A stretch of 64,000 nt of DNA from contig JBEKTZ010000012.1 in the NCBI GenBank assembly GCA_049515535.1, forward strand, positions 1 through 64,000. The letters run 5' to 3'. A program made the translations under genes and the position numbers. Source of the stretch: Candidatus Aminicenantales bacterium. Lineage in GTDB: Bacteria > Acidobacteriota > Aminicenantia > Aminicenantales > UBA4085. The notes under the pieces were generated by a model that was not told the origin of the DNA, made no database searches, and was given only the letters and a program-made list of their open reading frames with translations. Below are positions 58,310 to 64,000 of this stretch, in pieces. Every line of letters starts with the position of its first letter. The first letter of the stretch is position 1.

Positions 58310-59761
58310 TCAGAGCTGACGAAATTGATCTCTCTGGACATATATCCGCAGCCATTTTTCGACGATGGAGGCCAGGATCTCGCTCAGCTTCCGGCCGCTT
58401 CCATGGACGGGACGCAGTTCTTCGGCGAGCTCGGAATAGCCTTTCCTGTCCAGCCAAGAAGAGATCACATCGTTATCCGAGAGCGGCTGTATCTTGTCGG
58501 GCGTCACGGTCCGCAGGGCGTTCAAAAGCTCTTCGAGGCTGAACATTTTGACGCCGTCGATCGTGAGGGGAGTGGAGTCCAGTCGCTGGATTTCTTTTTT
58601 CAGGTGCCCTTTTAGCAAGGCGATCAGCGGCCTGCCTTGACTTCGTTTGGGGCGAAGGATATCCCCGAGCTCGCTATAGCTGTGCATGTAGAGCCAGGTT
58701 GAGAACTTGTCTTTTTGAGCGTAGCCTTCGATCGTCTCTCTCAGTTCCTGGCTTTGCCTGGTGTTTTTTTCGGCGGCGAGGAGCATCCGGTACAGCCCGT
58801 GGATATTCTTGATCCGGAGCAGCTCTCGGCCGGCTTTATCGCAGATCAAGAAGTCGCCCATGCCGGAGTGATCCCGGATGTATTCCTTGAGCTTCTGCAG
58901 GCTGCCGGGGTCTCCTTTGGGCAGGAGGAAAGCCGTGTCTGCAAAATCGGTCGCCTCTTTCGCTTTCGAGGCGACGATGATGGGAATCCGGGGATAGTAC
59001 CGGGTCGTCAATCGGATGAGATCGCGGCCGGCCTGGGCATTGAACTGATCCCCCTTGGGAAAGAAGATGTCGGCGATCAAGCAGACGACGTCGTCTCCGT
59101 GGCCGCTCGCCCGAAACTCCTGGCTGTCGATCTGAGATTCTTCCTCCGCGCCGAAGAGAAAATTCAGGGTGTTCTCATAGGTCCGGGTAACCATCACATC
59201 GGCACGCTGTCCGATGATATTATAAAGAACCGGCAGGAATTGGGACAACCAGCGAGGTTCGTCATCCACGACCAAAAAGATGAATCGGCGGACCCCCGAG
59301 GATTTCCGGATATTGATCAAATCCTCGGCCGCTCTGACGACGGAAGTGATGATCAGCGGCGGGACAAATTCTGTCGTCCCATAAGCAAAGACCAGGTCGG
59401 CCCCGACCGTGTAGGGATATTTTTTTTGGGCCAGCTGGGGAGGAGCGCGGTGAACAAAAGGATTAGCGGAAAGCAGGACCACGACCGCCTCGGGGTTATG
59501 GGCTCGGATCTTTCTAGAGTCTATGAGTGGCAGGGCGGTGTCATCAAAAAGAAAGACCGTGGCTTGCTCGGACTTGTACTCAGAAACAGACTGAGGGTTA
59601 GTAAAGATTTCCGTTTTGATCCAGGGCATGTTTTCACTCAGGATCTGCGAGGACTCCCGGATTCGGGCTTCGGCCGCGAAGATAACGACCTTCCCGATTT
59701 TGACCGGATTGATGATTCTGGGGACGAACGGGAACTCCCGGATCGATTCTTGACTAGCCAT
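58310..59761 (-). CDS. Receiver-like domain protein with duplicated 'S.WL...YSEL...LRP' module
   Basis: FLVVDDEP, CLIADIFFP, IIVASK, LPK; repeats FSTWLYMHSYSELGDILRP and ISSWLDRKGYSELAEELRP. Confidence 0.75.
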   Translation of the reverse strand: MASQESIREFPFVPRIINPVKIGKVVIFAAEARIRESSQILSENMPWIKTEIFTNPQSVSEYKSEQATVFLFDDTALPLIDSRKIRAHNPEAVVVLLSANPFVHRAPPQLAQKKYPYTVGADLVFAYGTTEFVPPLIITSVVRAAEDLINIRKSSGVRRFIFLVVDDEPRWLSQFLPVLYNIIGQRADVMVTRTYENTLNFLFGAEEESQIDSQEFRASGHGDDVVCLIADIFFPKGDQFNAQAGRDLIRLTTRYYPRIPIIVASKAKEATDFADTAFLLPKGDPGSLQKLKEYIRDHSGMGDFLICDKAGRELLRIKNIHGLYRMLLAAEKNTRQSQELRETIEGYAQKDKFSTWLYMHSYSELGDILRPKRSQGRPLIALLKGHLKKEIQRLDSTPLTIDGVKMFSLEELLNALRTVTPDKIQPLSDNDVISSWLDRKGYSELAEELRPVHGSGRKLSEILASIVEKWLRIYVQRDQFRQL

Positions 59762-61415
59762 TCTCAATAATGACCTTGCATCGCTGATGAACAGAGTCGG
59801 CAAAGACCGTCGCCGGCTTGGGAAAGGGGAGCAGAGACATAGCGGCATCAGGGTTGGTTGATGAAAAGAACCAGGGATCCAACTTGTCCTCGTCGGGCGC
59901 GATGTAGCCGTAGATGACGTTGTTGCCCATCAGGTTTGTCAAGAAGTGCGTCCCCTGGGTCCCGTACATCCGGGTTTGAAGCTTTTTTTTCTCTTCATCA
60001 TAGCCGCCCTGGATCATATAGAGGAAGTGGCTGCCGTAGATCCCGCCGGTCAGTTCATCGTCTTCCGGGAGCGGCTCGGCCCGGCCGGCGATGTCCACCC
60101 CGTACTCGAAAATGGCCGCGGCGCGGTTGACCTCTTTATAGTCGATATAAATCCCCCAATCTCTGTTTTTGCTGCCCAACCGGCCGGGAATAATCAGGAT
60201 GTAATGCTCGTTTTGCTCCTGCATTTGGCGGTTGATGCGGGCGATCCCGTTTCGAACAGCGTCATGCATATCTTTTGTGTAGATGAAGGGGGAGATAACG
60301 ACGGCGAATTTGATGCCCCTGATAACGCCGTGGCCTTGAGAATTCTTGATCGACAAAAAAGTCCTCCGGGGCCTTTCAGGGACCCGGATGGAATCGAACC
60401 TGTGCCCGGGCAACTGAGTGAGTTGGACGATGTGGAACGTTCCGTCTTCTCTGTCTTTCTTGGAGAAGTCGATGTTAAAAACGAACTCAATCTGAAAATG
60501 CGGCGAGATTCCGGTCGAGATCGCATCCATGATCTCGGCCAGTCCGGTCTTAAAACGAAAGTGGTTGTTCTGGATCAGCTCCTCGATCGTGATGAGGTTG
60601 TGGTGGATACCCAACAGTTTGATTTTGTGGTAGTTGGCGAACCGGACGTGCAGTCTTTTCATGGTCTCCAATTCCTCTCCCCGGAGCTCTCTATTTTTTG
60701 TCATGTCCAGGGCGTAGAAATATTGCTGTCCGTTCCCGATCTGGAGGAGTTTGAGAGGAATAGGATTTTTGATCGTGGCCATGGAGATCACCGGGAAGTC
60801 ATCCAAAACGGTGGCATAGCCGTGGCCGAAGGCGATTCTGGCAAAGCCTTCTTTGGGGTCTTGTGTTTTCAGGGCGTGGGGAAAGTAGGAGTTCGCGACG
60901 CCCGAGATATAGGGGTAATAGCAGGGGCCGGCGGCCGTATCGTCGAAAATGCCGGGAATGGGGTTCAAGATGACGGCCATTTTTTCCCCGCTCGAGGGAT
61001 GTTGTTTCCGGGCAAAATCGGTATAGATATGATGGATTGCCTGCTGAACCTGAAGAAGGCGCGTCTGAGGCGCGGGATGATTATTGGGGAGCATGTAGGA
61101 AGTGTATTCTCCCGCATGAATCAGGGTTGTCCCCTCCGGAGATTGGCCGGCTTCGTTGGTGGCCGAAGAGCGGACCCCGACGGGAGTCTCTCCCAAATCG
61201 TCCAATATACAAGCGATGATCTTCTCCTCTTCTCTGTCGAACTTCCCGCCTCGTTCCATAAAGTGCTCATAGAAGGCCGTGCTGAGGATATGGGTTTTGA
61301 TCTTGCTGGCTTTGGGGATCGGGCAATCGCCGATTTTGATCAAGCCGATCCCTTTTCCGCCGGGGAGGCCGCTCCCGTAGACCGTCACATTCCCGGCGTG
61401 CTCGACGATTTTCAT
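59754..61415 (-). CDS. Divergent PPDK-like ATP-grasp domain protein
   Basis: GGKGIGL, GVRSSA, MAVI, ISGVANS, QIEFV, PGRLGS, YGSHFL and QGTHFL. Confidence 0.8.
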   Translation of the reverse strand: MKIVEHAGNVTVYGSGLPGGKGIGLIKIGDCPIPKASKIKTHILSTAFYEHFMERGGKFDREEEKIIACILDDLGETPVGVRSSATNEAGQSPEGTTLIHAGEYTSYMLPNNHPAPQTRLLQVQQAIHHIYTDFARKQHPSSGEKMAVILNPIPGIFDDTAAGPCYYPYISGVANSYFPHALKTQDPKEGFARIAFGHGYATVLDDFPVISMATIKNPIPLKLLQIGNGQQYFYALDMTKNRELRGEELETMKRLHVRFANYHKIKLLGIHHNLITIEELIQNNHFRFKTGLAEIMDAISTGISPHFQIEFVFNIDFSKKDREDGTFHIVQLTQLPGHRFDSIRVPERPRRTFLSIKNSQGHGVIRGIKFAVVISPFIYTKDMHDAVRNGIARINRQMQEQNEHYILIIPGRLGSKNRDWGIYIDYKEVNRAAAIFEYGVDIAGRAEPLPEDDELTGGIYGSHFLYMIQGGYDEEKKKLQTRMYGTQGTHFLTNLMGNNVIYGYIAPDEDKLDPWFFSSTNPDAAMSLLPFPKPATVFADSVHQRCKVIIENG

Positions 61416-61435
61416 ACTTGTCTCACCACCCGAAT

Positions 61436-61792
61436 TAGGGATTTGCTTTTTCGCGCTCCGCGACATTCCTTCCTAAAAAGCTCGGAATCAATACCTCCCA
61501 TCGCGTAAAGATGATAATTCCGGCTGCGGATCGAAGTCAAGACAAGGAGATGGCCGCGAAAGAGGCCGTCCGGCCGTATCATCGTCGCGAACGACCGGAA
61601 AATCGCCCTGAAGACGCAAGACCTCTCCCCCCTCATGAAATCGCTGACCTCAAAAATACTCCGCCTCGGCCATCCAGACGACCTGCTCGATGACGCGCGA
61701 CGGCAGCGGCTTCTCCGCTACAAACGTCAGCTTGAGATGGTCGATGATCCGGTCCACGGCGGCATAATCCATGATGAAAGCGATGACTTTCA
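61436..61792 (-). mobile_element. IS91/ISCR-like remnant, second near-identical copy
   Basis: Direct repeat of 48140-48505; encodes KVIAFIMDYAAVDRIIDHLKLTF..AEYF*. Confidence 0.8.
61511..61540 (-). promoter_or_regulatory. Outward-facing sigma70-like promoter in the IS end
   Basis: TTGACT-18-TATCAT; homologues at 48215-48244, 22361-22390 and 20610-20639. Confidence 0.55.
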
Positions 61793-61869
61793 GCAACAAC
61801 CGATCGGTTCGCTTTGCACTTCCATCCGCACAGCTCACAAGAATAGAGCATGGCCAATGCCTCAGACAA

Positions 61870-61971
61870 GTCAAGGGACGAGCCTTCGGCTCGCCACTCG
61901 CTCGTGGCTTATATCCACGGGCGAGTACGGCGGAAGTGGCCCCCCTGGTAAAGCCCGGGGCCCCGGCCGCC
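61870..61971. mobile_element. 102-bp palindromic MITE-like element, family A
   Basis: Near-identical to 47879-47980; followed by GTGGA. Confidence 0.85.
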
Positions 61972-61972
61972 G

Positions 61973-62019
61973 TGGACTTCGAATCCAAAGGTCGGGGGTT
62001 CAAATCCCTCCGGGCGCGC
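61973..62019 (+). pseudogene. 3' half of tRNA-Arg(TCG)
   Basis: Anticodon arm TGGA-CTTCGAA-TCCA; AGGTC variable loop; T arm GGGGG-TTCAAAT-CCCTC; acceptor strand CGGGCGC-G; no intact 5' half. Confidence 0.75.
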
Positions 62020-62485
62020 TCTTTCTTTTATCCCCATAGAGGAGGCTTGTCGGGAACTGAGGATCCGGCTCCTCGTCTTCCCCCCTCGAACCCCTAAGCC
62101 GCAGGCCTTTGCGGAGCGGCCGAATCAATTCAGAGCAGGATTGGAGCTCATCCTCAATCCAACGCGTCAATAGACGCGTCAATAGAGAGGTGGAGGAGTT
62201 TAGGAAGTTGACGGATTGCAGGATTTTGGCTTATTATTTCTACGCAAAAAGAGACGTGATGAATAGGGAGAATATGTACGAGCTAAAAAAATATGCGGGT
62301 CGAAGACCATTATTTTATATCGAAGACCAACAAACGGCCATAAATCCCGGCTCTCTTGAAGCCTGGAAAAAACGACTGCTCGACAATTCGCTGGATCTTA
62401 TCGTCAGAGACACCCTCCCTTTTTACTTTTAACATTCTCTTTAAGAATAAAGAAGATCAGTTTACCGGCGAAAAATGAGCTTAGA

Positions 62486-63844
62486 ATGAAAAGTATTAAT
62501 CCAGCAACAGGAAAGGAGATCCGGGAATACCGGGAGCATAGCTCTTCCGGGACCTCAGAAATAATCCGGAAAGTCCATTTGGAATGGCAAAGATGGAAAG
62601 AAACTTCGTTTGAATTCCGGGCAGATAAACTAAGGATGGTGACCGATGTCCTGCGCCGGAATAAGGAACTCTATGCCCGTCTTATGACTGAGGAAATGGG
62701 AAAGATCATCCGTGAATCCCTAACAGAGGTTGAAAAATGTGCGAATTGCTGCGATTATTATGCGGATCATGCAGGATCGTTCCTTACAGACAGGATTATC
62801 CCATCGGATGCCGGAAAGAGCTTTGTGACCTATGAACCGATGGGTGTGATCCTCGCAGTGATGCCCTGGAACTTTCCGTTCTGGCAGGTGATCCGTTTTG
62901 CAGCACCAGCATTGATGGCAGGCAATGCAGCCCTTCTCAAACATGCATCCAATGTTCCCGGGTGCGCTGTTGCGCTCGAAGAGATATTCCGGGAAGCAGG
63001 CTTGCCTGAGAATCTCTTCCGGACACTTATAATCCCTTCGCAACTCGTGGAAGAGGTAATTTCAAATCCTTTGGTTTCGGCCGTCACACTGACCGGCAGC
63101 GAACAAGCGGGCAGCCGGGTCGCTGCGGCAGCAGGAAAGAACATAAAAAAATCTGTGCTTGAACTCGGCGGATCCGATCCATTCATTGTTCTCGACGATG
63201 CTGATCTTGAAAAAGCCGTAAAAACAGCCGTTGTATCCAGAATGATCAACCAGGGACAAAGCTGTATTGCCGCGAAACGGTTCATCGTTCACCAGAGTCG
63301 TATCGATGAGTTTACAGAGAAGCTACAGGATGCCTTTGAGAATCTGAAAACAGGTGATCCGTCAGATCCCGGAACCGATGTCGGTCCGCTGGCGAGGCAA
63401 GACCTTGTTGATGAAATAGATTCTCAGGTTAAACGTTCGCTGCAATTGGGTGCCAGGTTAGTTACCGGGGGAAGACGACCCGACCGGGAAGGATTCTACT
63501 ATCTTCCCACGATGCTTTCGGATATCACACCCGAAATGCCTGTTTTCAATGAAGAGACATTTGGTCCGGTTGCAGCAATCATTGCTGTTAAAAATGATGA
63601 CGAGGCGATCTGTGTGGCAAATGATTCGGAATTCGGACTGGGCGGAAGTATTTGGACAGCGGATAAACAGCGTGGGGAAGCCCTCGCCCGAAAAATCAAA
63701 ACAGGTTCCGTTTTTGTGAATGGCCTCATGAAATCCGATCCCCGGCTTCCCTTTGGTGGCGTGAAGAAATCGGGCTACGGACGGGAACTTTCGGATTATG
63801 GTATTCGGGAATTTGTCAATATTAAAACAATTTGGATAGAGTAG
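62486..63844 (+). CDS. gabD: NAD(P)-dependent succinate-semialdehyde dehydrogenase (SSADH1/GabD1 type)
   Basis: MPWNFPFWQV.RF, LKHASNV, TGSE.AG, LELGGSD, QGQSCIAAKRF, EETFGP, PFGG.K.SGYGREL. Confidence 0.88.
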   Translation: MKSINPATGKEIREYREHSSSGTSEIIRKVHLEWQRWKETSFEFRADKLRMVTDVLRRNKELYARLMTEEMGKIIRESLTEVEKCANCCDYYADHAGSFLTDRIIPSDAGKSFVTYEPMGVILAVMPWNFPFWQVIRFAAPALMAGNAALLKHASNVPGCAVALEEIFREAGLPENLFRTLIIPSQLVEEVISNPLVSAVTLTGSEQAGSRVAAAAGKNIKKSVLELGGSDPFIVLDDADLEKAVKTAVVSRMINQGQSCIAAKRFIVHQSRIDEFTEKLQDAFENLKTGDPSDPGTDVGPLARQDLVDEIDSQVKRSLQLGARLVTGGRRPDREGFYYLPTMLSDITPEMPVFNEETFGPVAAIIAVKNDDEAICVANDSEFGLGGSIWTADKQRGEALARKIKTGSVFVNGLMKSDPRLPFGGVKKSGYGRELSDYGIREFVNIKTIWIE

Positions 63845-64000
63845 GTTAGGGATTACGTCGAAGCGAAATCTTTTAAAGGATAATATTTCCTATTTTTACA
63901 CTTTTCATGTAAGCGCATAAAGATGCAATTCCGTCGCAGAAATATTCCTGGTCCTTCCGAGGGCTCATGTCGACAAACGGAAGAACAGCGATCGAAGGCT

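Noticed and set aside
6233..61508. Many long antisense ORFs (e.g. 10212-11903, 16616-18565, 31401-33119, 40588-42441, 59946-61508)
   Set aside because: These are shadow frames opposite clear genes in GC-rich DNA and have no recognisable motifs.
15419..61971. Palindromic repeats as a CRISPR array
   Set aside because: The copies are dispersed over tens of kb, with no repeat-spacer periodicity and no cas genes.
62162..62185. Tandem 12-mer ACGCGTCAATAG x2
   Set aside because: Only two copies and no supporting context.
62109..62432. 107-aa ORF upstream of gabD
   Set aside because: Weak start and no recognisable family; may be a gene fragment but cannot be supported.

Overview
64 kb of bacterial chromosome, mostly GC-rich. 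The gene content suggests an anaerobic peptide/amino-acid fermenter, possibly Acidobacteriota/Aminicenantia; this is inference from a VWA-like 'acidobacterial' protein and the overall gene set. (1) 1-5.9 kb is an AT-rich defence islet: an Avs4-like Mrr-nuclease/STAND NTPase, a TIGR02391/HEPN-like protein, and a small gene cut by an IS630 insertion. (2) 6-22 kb holds peptidases and hydrolases (M28, an M14 pair, amidohydrolase-CIA30, a serine-hydrolase pseudoenzyme), pfkA, SDRs and a sirtuin. (3) 23-48 kb holds a eukaryote-type citrate synthase and a large branched-chain acyl-CoA cluster: EtfAB, isobutyryl-CoA-type B12 mutase with MeaB, beta-oxidation enzymes, a liu-like carboxylase set in one operon with an archaeal-type HMG-CoA synthase/thiolase/DUF35 trio, and CoA transferases. 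(4) 48.7-61.4 kb is the best candidate for an undescribed system: an intact NADP-GDH, a GDH paralogue lacking its catalytic Lys, three PEP-synthase/dikinase-like ATP-grasp proteins without PEP-binding domains (one fused to a sensor domain and a nucleotidyltransferase), a receiver-domain partner, an orphan OmpR regulator and a metallophosphoesterase, bracketed by IS91-like remnants. Small palindromic elements and IS91-like ends are scattered throughout, including one element retained in frame inside a coding sequence. No rRNA, CRISPR array or intact tRNA was seen.
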